Of a stretch of 64,000 nucleotides of DNA, positions 39,936-52,560 are shown piece after piece. The stretch is from Octopus vulgaris (lineage: Eukaryota). Below the pieces are notes generated by a model. That model was not told the origin of the DNA. It ran no database searches and saw only the letters and a list, made by a program, of their open reading frames with translations. Location of the stretch: assembly GCA_951406725.2 (NCBI GenBank), contig OX597834.1, positions 21,700,001 to 21,764,000 on the forward strand, written 5' to 3'. Numbering within the stretch: the stretch's first letter is position 1; each line of letters begins with the position of its first letter. The position numbers were made by a program, and so were the translations under genes.

Positions 39936-40237
39936 CACGTACATATACATATATACAAATATATATATAAGTATATATATATATATATATTTGTATATAT
40001 ATTGGAATGTGTAAATATTTATATTTATATTTACTTATATTTATATTCTCTTATACATATTGTACTTATTGTATCACATTACTCATTTATGTACACTCCT
40101 TTATGTACACTGTTTTGTTCTATACTATATTATTATGTTTGACCTTAAAGTCTCTTATGTGGTGATTTAATAAAGTATGTGATTGGGTATTATCTGGTAA
40201 TTGATATTTGATTTGGATGTATTTGTCCATTTTCTTA

Positions 40238-40283
<46 letters not shown>

Positions 40284-40867
40284 GTCTGTACATTGTGCCT
40301 TAAGGTAAAAATCACTCGTTCCCATGCCCTTCAATTTGGTCAGTCTCAAGAATTCGGCACCAAGACTTTTGTTAATGTAACCTTCTATAAATAGTCTCAT
40401 TGATAATTAATTTCTGTAATATGTAATTACATTCAGTGAGCAGGGTTTCCCCTTTGATTTGCTTTTAATGTCTTTGGCACTTTGGGAGAGCAGGGTGATA
40501 AGGGCCAGTGGTGCCACTGGATAAGAAAGGTGCAGCAGCACTAATCTGCCATTGAGATTTATGCATGTTGATCCTTTCACAAATCATTAAGAATTTATAG
40601 TTTTCTTTGAACATCACAGGTTTTCTCCACAAAATTGAAATGAGAGATGGTTCATGCCCTTAAAGTTAGTAGGCTTCTAGGTAGTCAGTCAGTTTGCTAG
40701 ATATAGCAACTGAACACCCTCAGTTCATACTCTACTAACTTAAAAAATATATAAGAGGACAGTTGGAAGATCAAGACTGACCTGGGTCCTAACGAAAATG
40801 ATTATTCTTGTCTATTGAAATAAAGAGTTCTACTGAAGAGTATCCTATATATATATATATATTAGAA

Positions 40868-41132
40868 CGTTGCCAGCGCCGCCTTGGCTGGCTTCCGTGC
40901 CGCTGGCACGTTAAAAGCTCCAACCGATCGTGGCCGATGCCGGACCCCTCTTGGCACCTGTGCAGGTGGCACGTAAAAAGCACCCACTACACTCGCGGAG
41001 TGGTTGGTGTTAGGAAGGGCATCCAGCCATAGAAACTTTGCCAGATCAGACTGGAGCCTGGAGCAGCCCCTGGCTTCCCAGACCCCGGTCGAACCGTCCA
41101 ACCCGTGCTAGCACGGAAAACGGACATTAAAC

Positions 41133-41160
<28 letters not shown>
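40868..41160 (+). mobile_element. RTE 3' UTR (family C) with a 7-bp TSD
   Basis: TSD attagaa at 40861-40867 and 41161-41167; (GAT)n tail. Confidence 0.88.
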
Positions 41161-41163
<3 letters not shown>

Positions 41164-41197
41164 AGAAATAAGAAAAGGGAGAAATATATATATATAT

Positions 41198-41355
41198 ATG
41201 ACAGGCTTCTTTCAGTTTCCGTCTACCAAATACACTCACAAGGCTTTGGTTGGACCGAGGTTGTAGTAGAAGGCACTTGCCCAAGGTACCACATAATGGG
41301 AGTGAATCCAGAACCATATGGTTGGGAATCAAGCTTCTTACAACACACCCACGCC
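41198..41355 (-). mobile_element. SINE A 5' half
   Basis: ggcttctttcagtttccgtctaccaaat...cacttgcccaagg. Confidence 0.8.
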
Positions 41356-41503
41356 TGTGTCTGATGAGGATAATAGCCATAAAAGAGTTAATAGTTGTAG
41401 TATTTCGTTTTTATTTCCATCTCTGCAATGACCTCTAAGCATAAGAGAGCACACAACAAATTCATCTTTGATGTCCATATATTTAAATATATGTATATAT
41501 ATA

Positions 41504-41563
<60 letters not shown>

Positions 41564-42301
41564 ATTTAAATATATGTATATATATATATATGATATATAT
41601 TATATATATGTGTGTATGTATGTATATTTAAATATATGTATATATAGGATGTATATTTTATATATATTTATATATATATATATATATTTATGTATATTTA
41701 AATATATGTATATATATATATATATATGTATATATTATATATATGTGTGTGTATGTATGTATATTTAAATATATGTATATACATATGATATATATATGTA
41801 TGTTTGTATGTATATATATTTAAATATATTCAAACAGTGAGAAAGATTCGTGTAAGATACATGAAAAGATTCATAAAATTATACTTCAGAAACGATAAAA
41901 TATTTATATTGAAATTCATGGACATCTCTGGCTTGCCACATCTATTAAATATCTGAATGAAATTAAGGAACACACACACATATGCTCATACACACACACG
42001 CACGCATGCACACATACACACACATGGTTCTGGTATTGATCTCAAATAATATTCAATCGATGTTCCTAAGATCTGATATTTGCAAACATGCCTGCTTGTA
42101 TTAGAAATATTTTAAGACAATTAAATTTCATTTTCGTTAGGGTCGTCAGACAAAATATTTCAATCTGCTTAAGATGCTTGCTTTGCAATCTTGAGTTTCA
42201 TGGTTCAATCCCACTGCACAGCACATTGGGTAAATGTCTTCTACTATAGCCCCACTGCCTTGTAAGTGAATTTGGTAGATGGAAACTGTGTGAAAGCCTG
42301 T

Positions 42302-42349
<48 letters not shown>

Positions 42350-42603
42350 CCTTCGAAATGCAGAGTAGATGAAACCATGGCGACTGAAGAAGGGGAATTT
42401 TCCTTGTGTTATTTGTCCTGTACTCTATTTTTTCGTTGTTTAAGAAAAATGTCCAGTTCCTTGGTTTTGTGTTTATGTTTTCGTTTCTCATTGAGTTCGA
42501 CGTTTTTTTTGGTGTCCTGTACCCATATATGCGTGTATATATACATGTAGAGCTATACGTACATATATGTATGTATATATGCATATGTTTTATTTATTAA
42601 TTC

Positions 42604-42653
<50 letters not shown>

Positions 42654-42946
42654 TATATGTACAAATGTCTTTGTACACCTACTATCACATGGGGACCACT
42701 GTTGGTTTGTTTACATCCCTATAACTTTGTGGCTCAGCCAACAAGACAACTCATCCATGCCTTGCCACAACATGGCCACAGTCAAACAAGTAAACAACAA
42801 AATACCAAATACATCAATTCTTCAACCCTTTTGTTACCATATTCCTGTTGTAATCTGCTGACTTCCTTTCGAATAATTTTGATGAAAATAAGGAAAAAAT
42901 CTAGTAAAATAATTTCGTCATTATTTAAGCTGGGGATTTGAACTTG

Positions 42947-43670
42947 GGTGCAGGCGTGGCTGTGTGGTAAGAAGCTTGCTTTCCAACCACATGGTTTCTG
43001 GTTCAATCTCATTGTGAGGCATTTTGAACAAGTGTTGTCAGCAGATTTGGTATATGATGGAGACTGAAAGAAACCCATTGTACATATACATACATGTGTT
43101 TGTGTGTGTGTCTGTGTGTGTGTGTTTGAGTATGTATGTACAAGTTCATGCATGTGTATGTGTATGCACATGTGTGTGCATATGTGTGAGTATGTATGTA
43201 CAAGTGCATGCGTGCATGTGTGTGTGTGTGTTACTATCTCCTTACCATGTGTGTGTGTTACTATCTCTTTACCTTGTGTGTGTGTTACTATCTTCTTACC
43301 TTGTGTGTGTGTTTTACTATCTCCTTACCTTGTGTGTATGTGTGTTACTATCTCCTTACCTTGTGTGTGTGTGTGTGTTACTATCTCCTTACCTTGTGTG
43401 TGTGCGTGTGTGTGTGTTACTATCTCCTTACCTTGTCTTTATGTGATAGTTGTAAACGAGTGTCACTGTCATACAAGCCGTGTTCTTCATTTCCAATCTT
43501 CCATGAAAACATGCCCAACCATGATGAAATATTATCTTACCTGGGAACAGATGAGGACTGGCAAAAAGGAAGGACGTCCAGCCATAGGAAGCCTGTCTCC
43601 ACAAATTTCATCTCACCCATATGAGCATCAAAAATTGAACATTGAATGAAAATGATGATGATGATAATGA
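42947..43670 (+). mobile_element. SINE A-type head with an internal minisatellite and a family C-like GAT tail
   Basis: A head 42947-43080; (tgtgtgttactatctccttacct) about 8 times at 43225-43435; ggaaggacgtccagccatag...gatgatgat end. Confidence 0.55.
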
Positions 43671-43739
43671 TGACGATGATGATAAGGATGACAATGACAA
43701 CAGCAATGATGGTTCAAACTTGACATCACCTTTTCCCCA

Positions 43740-43816
43740 TGTATAAGTCGCATCCTGATTTTTTGTCATTTAAAACAAACCAGAAAATACTCCAACTTAT
43801 AACCTGAGTAAATACA
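43740..43816. mobile_element. Possible pogo/mariner terminal remnant
   Basis: gtataagtcgca...caacttataacctgagtaaatac resembles subterminal motifs of Tigger/pogo-like elements. Confidence 0.35.
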
Positions 43817-44278
43817 TTAATTTTGGAAGCAAAATTGTCTTAAAATTGATTCCATTCCGTCCGTCTTTTTATTGATTGAACATCTATCTGATTTTGGCCC
43901 TACTGGCATGTCTGTCTGTCAAACAGATCACAGGCTGTGTGAGATGTGCCATGACTTCACCATCAGTGTCAGCTCGGATTTGATTGTCAAGCCACCACGT
44001 TTCAATCTGTGAGGAAATTTGTTGTGACATATTCTACGAGTCTTGTATTTATCGAAAATGGAATCACTTCAGGCAAGAATTGTCCTCGATTCAGTTCTTC
44101 TAGCCTTGACATCTGCAAACAATAGATATAACATTAACTGAAGATACACGTGTGTGTGTGTGTGTGTGAGTCTACATGTATGTGTGTGCATGTGTGTGTG
44201 CATATATATATAAGTTAACATAGATATACAAATATACACATACAAAAATAGCTCACCACTTTAATAGTAATGATGATG

Positions 44279-44318
<40 letters not shown>

Positions 44319-44334
44319 TAATAATTATAATTTA

Positions 44335-44800
44335 GGTAGAAGGCCAGCAGTTTTTGGGGAAGGAGCTAAGCCAGTTACATCGACCCCAGTGTTCAAATGG
44401 TAATTATTCTGTTGGCCCCAAGAGGATGAAAGGCAAAGCCAGAATTTGAACTCAGAACATAAAGACAAATGAAATGCCACTGAGCATTTTACCTAGCTTG
44501 ATAACAGCTCTGCTACCTTGATGATGATGGTGGTGGTGGTAATGGTGGTGGTTGTGGTGGTGGTGGTGTTCGTCATCGTCGTCGTCGTCCTGTTTACTGT
44601 AGGCACAAAACCTGAAATTTTGTGGGAAGGGGGACTAGTTGATTACATCGACCCCAGTGTTTCACTGGTACTTAATTTACCAAAAGGATGAAAGGCAAAG
44701 TCGACCCGGGTGGAATTTGAACCCAGAACGTAAAACCACATGAAATGGTTACTAAGCCTTTCACCCAGCATTCTAACAACTCTGCCAGATCACCACCTTA
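44335..44800 (-). mobile_element. Two SINE B copies (44335-44518, 44595-44800)
   Basis: ttacatcgaccccagtg...ggatgaaaggcaaag...gaatttgaac occurs twice. Confidence 0.8.
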
Positions 44801-45550
44801 ATAATAATGATGATGATGCTGATGGTGAATGTAACAAAGATAATTTACCACTTACCTTTCATTCACAACACACAGGCATGTGATAATTCACGTTGTACAG
44901 AATGCATCATCATAGACAAAGAACACCTATTATTATTCTTGAAATAGTAATCCGGAATTTTCAAGAAATCTGCGTGAATGTAAATTCAATATGGTGTCAA
45001 TTTGATTTCTTGAAAAGATTATCTTGTAATTTGATAAGAATTACACATATTCTTACTCCATATGGCTGGTTTAGTCATTTAGTCAAGTATTTTTGTAGTT
45101 TGTTCACTTCTTACTTAATTTTCATGATAGTTTTTCGTGTCATTTATTTAGTCCGCAAATCTATTTCAGAATGACTAGTGCTTTTATTAACTTAAGGTGT
45201 TTATTCCGTTAAGAAAAATCAATAGATTAATGGAGTTTGAAAATAAAAAATAACGAAAGAAAATACATACCTAAAACAACAGCTAAAAATATTATTATCA
45301 AATCTTTGTTTTATCAAAATTTTCCATTCAATATTTTGAACATGATTTTGTCGGGAAATTGCATTTTTTTTTCTCTTTCGCTTTCTGTGTTTCCCTCCTT
45401 CCCTCACACGTTCACTCTTTCTCTTTCCCTTTTTCTCTTTTTCTCTGTTTCTCCTCTTTCTTTTTCTCCATTTTTCACTCTTTCTGTCTTTCTCAGACCC
45501 TATTTATTTATCTCATACACACTTTATTTACTTACTTCTTTATTTAAAAG

Positions 45551-45621
<71 letters not shown>

Positions 45622-46419
45622 TTTTATTATTATTATTATTATCATTATTATTATTATTATTATTATTAACATCATCATAATCATCATCCCTGATGTCGTC
45701 ATCATTGTCATCATCAGCATTAACATTATTACCTTCATCATTGCTACCATAACTATTTTCAGTGTTATCATCAACATTATCATCATCATTATTATTATAA
45801 CGATCACCATCATTTTTACTAAATTACTATCTTTAACGAAGAACAGCAACAAAAAATAAAACAAATAAAACCAAAATTCTTGCTTTAATATTTGTAGATT
45901 GGTTTACAAAAATATATATAAAAAAAAAACACATAAAAAAACTATACTATCTTAAAATATCAATAAATTACTCTCAGTATCTAGGTTTAAATGTTACCTA
46001 TTCAATATATATAACATATATTTTCCTTCGATAAAAAGGAAATATTTTAATAAAAGTCGAAATATCTTATCAGGTAATGTACGATATTATATATAGATAC
46101 CTGAAAAGCCAAAATATCGTTAATTTTGTTTGTATTTTTGATTTATTTATTTTTCTTCTCTTTTATTTTTAGTTGTCTTTAACTTTTACTAATGAAAACT
46201 TTTCAATAGATTCCACTTAGGTTTAAAGTATGGAAGACTGTATAATGTTTGAATATAAGATAGAGTAATGTATTGAAATTATGGAAGACTATGACATGTT
46301 TAAAGTCTGAGGAAAATGTAATATAATATAACATAACATGTAACGAAAATAATAATAATAATACTAATAACAATAACAATAACAATAATAATGATAATAA
46401 TAATAATAATAACAATAAC

Positions 46420-46472
<53 letters not shown>

Positions 46473-46477
46473 TAACA

Positions 46478-46680
46478 ACCCTTTCTACTATTGGCACAAA
46501 GCCTGATATTAGAGAAGAGGGAGCTTGTCGATTAAATCAACCCCAGTGCTCAACTGGTACTTATTTTATCAATTCTCAAAGTATGAAAGGCTAAGTCAAC
46601 CTTGACAGAATTAGAACTCAGAACATAAAGACAGATGAAATCCCACTTAGTATTTTGCTATGTCTGCCAGCTCAACACTT
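46478..46680 (-). mobile_element. SINE B, diverged
   Basis: ggcacaaagcctga...ccccagtgctcaactggtactt...gaactcagaac. Confidence 0.75.
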
Positions 46681-47544
46681 TTGTAATATAATATGATATT
46701 ATATTATATAATATAATATAATATTATATTATATAAGATAACAGGTTTTAAATAATGAGGTACTACATTCAGGTTGGATCCAGCTGATAGTAAAGGTTTA
46801 GGCTAACCCCAGCTCCGTTTTATGAAAAAAAATTTTTTTTTTCATATTTCAAAATATTCTTCCACACACACATATCACTATCACGTAGTGAAAGTTGTGA
46901 TTATTACTGATTCTGGTTAGTTCAAATTAATGCATTAAGGCTTTTATTATTTGAACCAATGAAAAAGAAGCTTATAAACTTAAATGTTGAAAGATGTGAT
47001 CTATCATCCCTTCACTTTGTCTATACGCACCAAGCTGTATGAAAGACATTTTTTTTTCAAATATTCACATATATTTGCTGAAATGAATTCTACTGATTCA
47101 TGAATGATACTGTAATATCTTGCAGCTGAAACAGTAAGAGATATCTATCAATCATGGATTTTCTCAAGAACTGTAGTGCATTCAATTGGACAATTTCTAT
47201 CACTGCCCTCATTCTAAGGATGCTTACTCTATAGGACCATGTGTATATATCGTGCAGATGAGTTTTCTGCAAGCAAACTTTTCTAACATCCCATATATTC
47301 TTTCCTTTCCTTATTGTTAATAAAGTTGTTATAACATATATTGACCCCTTCTGTTCATTTGCTTCATCCAACATATTAATAGGGATTTTTTTGGAACTCT
47401 GTATTAAGTAAATAAACAATAAAAAATTTAAAATGTGAATACTGTGCATGTTTTTCCTTATAATTCCTTAATTTCAATTTCAAATTTCAAATCCTTGAAA
47501 TTAGGACAAATTGATTATCCCCTTTGTAATAGTTGTAACTAGAA

Positions 47545-47862
47545 CAATGGCTCTCAACCGATGTCTATATGACTCTAGGTGTCTATATGACTCTGGAAGT
47601 CCATATGACTCTGGAGGTCCCATATGACTCTAGGGTTCCATATGACTCAGGGGGTCTTTAGAAGATTTAGTTGTTAAAAATCTACGTACAATAAATTGGT
47701 TATAGTTATACTTTGAAAATACACAAACTTTTTAAGAGTTTTTTTTTCTTATACAATACCTAATAATATTTAATTATAACAATATATAAGGTTCTTTAAA
47801 ACATTGTATGGCTATAAGGGTCCAGCAGAGTGAAACAAGAATCAAACAACAGAAAACCACTG
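47545..47862. mobile_element. hAT/Charlie-like MITE with an internal 19-20 bp tandem repeat
   Basis: caatggctctcaacc ... gaaaaccactg termini (CAGTGGTTCTCAAC-like); flanks aacTAgaa and catTAgag; (gtccatatgactctrg) five times at 47561-47657. Confidence 0.5.
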
Positions 47863-48539
47863 CATTAGAGGGAACACATGTGTTTGATTAATCCTACAAT
47901 TTTTAATAAAAGTTCATAGTTTATCAGCGTTAGGTGCTAAATGTTGACATCTTACTATAACTGTATAAAAAAAAAACATTAAAAATCAATGAAAAACTTC
48001 TGTGACTTTCATCACCAATTGACCACCAACATTTTTCAGGGGGTTTTTGTTGAGTATTTTATTTTTTTATTTTTTTTTGTTTCTACATAATTTATTTTTC
48101 TCTCCATTGAAATGGCTTATATATTTGTCTGACTTTGATAAAAAAATTCTGAGGTTTCTTTCAAATTTAGTTTTCAGATTGACTCTTTTTTTACATTTCT
48201 TTTCTAGTTTTCATTGGTTTTTGTTTGTTTTTCAAGTGTCTCTTTTAGTCATGATCCGACTTATTCATGTCTCTTCTGTTTCTGTTTAGATTTGTTTTAT
48301 CTAATTAACTGCTCAAAGCAAAACTCCAAAAGTTAAAAAGACAAAATTTTCCCCCAAAAAAAACATTAAAAATTTTTTAAATGAATAAAAATAAAATAAA
48401 ATACTTAACTAAATAATGAAATTTCTGTATTTTATTTATACTTACTTATCTGGAGAAGAGAAGAAAACAAAAATGAGTGGTTCGTGATGTGATATTACAG
48501 AGGTTAGAATATGGAAGAGAATCAAGAAAGTTTCCATGT

Positions 48540-48780
48540 AAACTAGAAGAAAATTTGTGTTGGAAACCACAAGATATTTTGTTGGAAACAACAAGAAATT
48601 TTTGTTGGAAGTGACAAGAAGTTTCTTAGGAAACCACAAGAAATTTTGTTGAAAGTCACAAGATATTTTACTGGGGAATGCAAGAAATTTTTGCTGGAGA
48701 TATGAAGAATTTTTTTGGAAAACAAGATTTTGTTAGAAACCATGCAATGTTTATTGAAAACAAAAGATATTCAAATAGTA
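48540..48780. repeat. Degenerate ~23-25 bp minisatellite
   Basis: caagaaatttttgttggaaac repeated about nine times. Confidence 0.75.
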
Positions 48781-48879
48781 GATTCTATGAAGACTATTTA
48801 GGAAATGTAATGTCATATGGTCGTGGATTTTGAGATGTAAGTAGAAAGGATCTAGGGGTTAGAGAGAAAAAAAAACTGA

Positions 48880-49182
48880 CACTCCATCGGTTCCAGTTGA
48901 TCCAATCAATGGAACAGCCTGCTCATGAAACTAACATGCAAGTGGCTGAGTACTCCTAGGACACACATAGTTTTTAACATAGTTTTGAAAAAGATTCAGC
49001 AAGATACAAAATGGGACAAGGTTGGCCCTTTGAATTACAGGTACTATTCACTTTTGCCAGCTGAGTGGACTGGAGCAATGTGAAATAAAGTATCTTGCTT
49101 AAGAATACAACACACTGCCGGGAATCAAACTAACAACTTTATGATTGTGAGCTAAATACCCTAAATCAAGCCGCATGCTTCA
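48880..49182 (-). mobile_element. SINE E, near full length
   Basis: Tail shared with 13176-13355; CORE-like cagctgagtggactggagcaatgtgaaataaagtatcttgc; tRNA-like head. Confidence 0.75.
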
Positions 49183-49984
49183 CTAGTGATTAGATAATGA
49201 AAAGTTGCTGAGATTTGAAACCACTTCATACAGATTTCTTGTTAGAACCCCAGCATAAGATTTCTAAATAACACATAAATGTCTATTTGACCAATCAGCA
49301 TAAGCTAAATTGTTATGGTTGATGTGAATATCAGAGTGTGTGAATTTTCCTGCCAAGTAGCTTGACTGAAAGTTCTAGAACCTTTTGCTAAAAGTTATAA
49401 AAAACCTGGTAAATTCAACGTCAGTCAGAATCATCCAGAAACCACATAGAGTCATGTCACTCTGCTCCATGAGATGGTCTCTCACTGCCTGCTACTTTTC
49501 TAAATATTACACTTCCCTTAAAATTTCATGTCAATTTACATTCCAAACACAAGCTTGAATTATGACAAAGAGCAATATGAAATGAAGTGTTTTGCTCAAG
49601 AACACAATACACATCCTGGTTTGGGAATTGGAAATGCAATCTTGTGATTGTAAGCTTAATATCATAACCACTATGCCACATGTGCTGGATACAGTTTCTG
49701 GAAAAAAAAAAGAATAGCCATGGTTGGAATGCCTTTTGGTCATGTATAGGCTCGCTTGTTGAGAGCTGACTTGAAGGAGGAGGGTGGGGTTAAGCCATAT
49801 CAATGTGTGTGTATCAGAATATAGTACATGTGTGTGAGTGTATATATATGTGCGTGTACGTATGTCTGTATATTCGTGTGTGTGTGTGTGCACGCATGCA
49901 TGCGTGTGTGTGTGCGTACATGCATGTGTTTTGCCCATAAATCATTGCAGTAATACCTTATTAGATTGATCTTATCCAATACAA

Positions 49985-50019
49985 AAATACTAACAATAAT
50001 AACAACAGTAATAATAATG

Positions 50020-50071
<52 letters not shown>

Positions 50072-50247
50072 TAATAATAATAATAATAATAATGATGATG
50101 ATGATGATGATGATGATAATAATAATGATAATGATAGTAGCAACAACAACAAAAATAACAATAATAATAATAATAATGATAACAATAATAATAATGATGA
50201 TGATAATAATAATAATAATGATGATAATAATAATAATAATGATAATA

Positions 50248-50299
<52 letters not shown>

Positions 50300-50365
50300 T
50301 GATGATGATAGTAGCAACAACAACAAAAATAACAACAATAAGAATAATAATAATGATAACAATAA
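49985..50365. repeat. (AAT/GAT)n microsatellite
   Basis: Seen directly. Confidence 0.95.
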
Positions 50366-50745
50366 GAAGAAGGAGGAGGAGGAGGAGGATAAGGAAAATA
50401 ACATCTGTGGTTGAGAAAATTGGAAATAAAATGGAGATAATTATTTTCCCATAAATTTCTTCTTTGTGGAAATCAGTTTGTTTGGTGCAGTCATTTAGCA
50501 GTGAATTTTAACAGAAATATTTAAATCTGAACCGCATTTCATAAATCAGTGAGTGGTAGCAGGGAGGAAGGAGAAGGGGGCGGAAATACAAATCAAAACA
50601 ACAACAAAAAAAAACAGAACAAAACAAAACTACAGTAAAACAATATTAACAAGTATTATTTCACCAATATTTCGTGGAATCTTCAATATTTTGGGGGTCA
50701 TTTTTTTTCTCTCTGTGATTGTTTTTTTTTACATATATATATATA

Positions 50746-51032
50746 TCACGTGATCACGTGACCGACCAGACCATCAGATGTTGTTACACATCGCTGGTCA
50801 CAATGCGCTTCGCATTGATTTAGCCTTCGAATGACGCCACCCCGCTGGCTAAGCGAGCAGGCCAACAGAAGAAAGAGAGAAAGAGTGGTGAAAGTGTACA
50901 GCAGGGATCACCACCCCCTGCCGGAGCATCGTGGTTTTGCTCAATAAACACTCACAACGCCCGGTCTGGGAATCGAAACCGCGATCCTACGACCGCGAGT
51001 CCGCTGCCCTAACCACTGGGCCATCGCGCCTC

Positions 51033-51035
<3 letters not shown>
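50746..51035 (-). mobile_element. SINE D, young
   Basis: Reverse complement of family D with CpGs retained; ends tcacgtgatcacgtga. Confidence 0.9.
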
Positions 51036-51067
<32 letters not shown>

Positions 51068-51071
51068 TATA

Positions 51072-51470
51072 AGTGACCATTACAAGATCTGCATCATGGA
51101 GAGAGCCAAAATTCTTAAGGACTATAAGAAACCTGGCACGTTAAACAGCCGTAAAGAGGTGTTTTCTAAATGTATCCACTTCAAGAAGCACTTACTGGAA
51201 AATTGGATCTCTCCGTTTGCTAGTTAGGCCTTTTTGGGTCTATAAGGGGTTTCCCCCACCTCTGATTTAGGGAAGATAACCCATCTTTATTAACGTTTTT
51301 TTCTCTTTTTTGTTAAGACATATTCTTTGAGATCTGAGCATTTCCTCATGTTTGCAACGTAGATATTTTAAATTTTGTATTTCTATAGAGGCTGATGAGC
51401 TGTCCACAAGGCTTTGGCTTTGTGGATACGAAATCATGGGTAACCCTGTGTCCAAGATATAAATTTTTGT

Positions 51471-51472
<2 letters not shown>
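51072..51472 (+). mobile_element. 5'-truncated Penelope-like retroelement: GIY-YIG endonuclease C-terminus (51072-51227), 3' UTR and hammerhead
   Basis: SDHYKICIMERAKILKDYKKPGTLNSRKEVFSKCIHFKKHLL fits the PLE C..C..EK..I......LN.R.E..SKC.H..K.LL terminus; bounded by (TA)n. Confidence 0.7.
51390..51456 (+). ncRNA. Type I hammerhead ribozyme motif
   Basis: CTGATGA (51392-98), 12-bp stem II tgtccacaaggc/gctttgtggata, GAAA (51430-33), stem III catggg/cctgtg, GTC (51450-52); stem I only about 1 bp. Confidence 0.6.
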
Positions 51473-51517
<45 letters not shown>

Positions 51518-51546
51518 GCACGCACGCACACACACACACACACACA

Positions 51547-51837
51547 CAGTGGTTAGGGCAGCGGACTCACGGTTGTAGGATCACTGTTTCGATTCCCAGA
51601 CCGGGCGTTGTGTGTGATTATTGAGCGAAAACACCTAAAAAGCTCCACGAGGCTCCTGCAGGGGGTGGTGATGCCTGCTGTACTCTTTCACTACTCTTTC
51701 TCTCACTCATTCTTCTGTTGGCCTGCTCGCTTAGCCAGCGGGGTGGCATCATTCGAAGGCTAAAATAGTGTGAACGCATTGTGACCAGCGATGTGTAGTA
51801 ACATCTGATGGTCTGGCCGGTCACGTGATCGCGTGAT
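51547..51837 (+). mobile_element. SINE D
   Basis: cagtggttagggcagcggactc...gtcacgtgatcgcgtgata. Confidence 0.9.
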
Positions 51838-52329
51838 ATATATATATACATGCACACACACACACAGAAAATATGTAATTTGGAAAGGATGGGGAAAGGA
51901 ATGGAAAGAAAGGTGAGGAGAGGGAGATGAAGGGAGCATGGAGAGCAAGGGCGAGGGGTAGAGCAAGGGCGAAGGGGAGAGGAAATATTAGGGTGAACAG
52001 GGTAGTGCTGTCATTTTCGTCTCCTATAATTTCTTCAACTCTCTGGTTAGGTCCTGATATTTGTCAGATTTTTTTCAGTTTCTTTGGTAGCCATTCTGTT
52101 TCCATATGGAATTGTGAACTACAATCTCCACCCTTCCAGTGTGTTTATCAAAAGCTGGACAAGACTGGCAAGGCCAAATGGATCTACTCTGAGTATGCTT
52201 TTCTAATTAGAAGGAAATATACTGGAAGCTGGTACTTCATATGCCTTCAGGATGGCACAGTAATCAGGAACTTTTTGTGTGGTGGACGACCTTACTATTG
52301 GAGATTCTATCTATTAATTCTTTATTTGT

Positions 52330-52480
52330 CTAATTTCTATTTTCATATCCCTTTGTTTTGTCCCTTAATGTTGTAGTGCCCCCTCTTGATCGATGTAAGC
52401 CCCACCTGTTTTGTTTCTTGTATCTCATCCTTTGATATCGTCTTCCATGTCCTGGGCCCTTGTGGTCAATAAAAGAATTC
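52330..52480 (+). mobile_element. LINE-like 3' end (gcccttgtggtcAATAAAagaatt)
   Basis: Terminus equivalent to the reverse complement of 15045-15070; may extend further 5'. Confidence 0.5.
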
Positions 52481-52560
52481 GTTGTTGTTGTTGTTGTTTT
52501 TTATCCAGTTCTTTCTGTCTCCAGATTTTTAACCATTCTCTCTTTTTTTCTTTCTTCCAG

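Noticed and set aside
42349-42535. cttcGAAA...CTGAAGAagggg as a permuted hammerhead
   Set aside because: Stems I and III cannot be formed; probably a repeat fragment in (TA)n.
47127-47220. Possible acceptor and peptide AETVRDIYQ resembling NAV ANEKIEDI
   Set aside because: Poor pyrimidine tract, no donor at the expected distance, and the frame runs into a stop.
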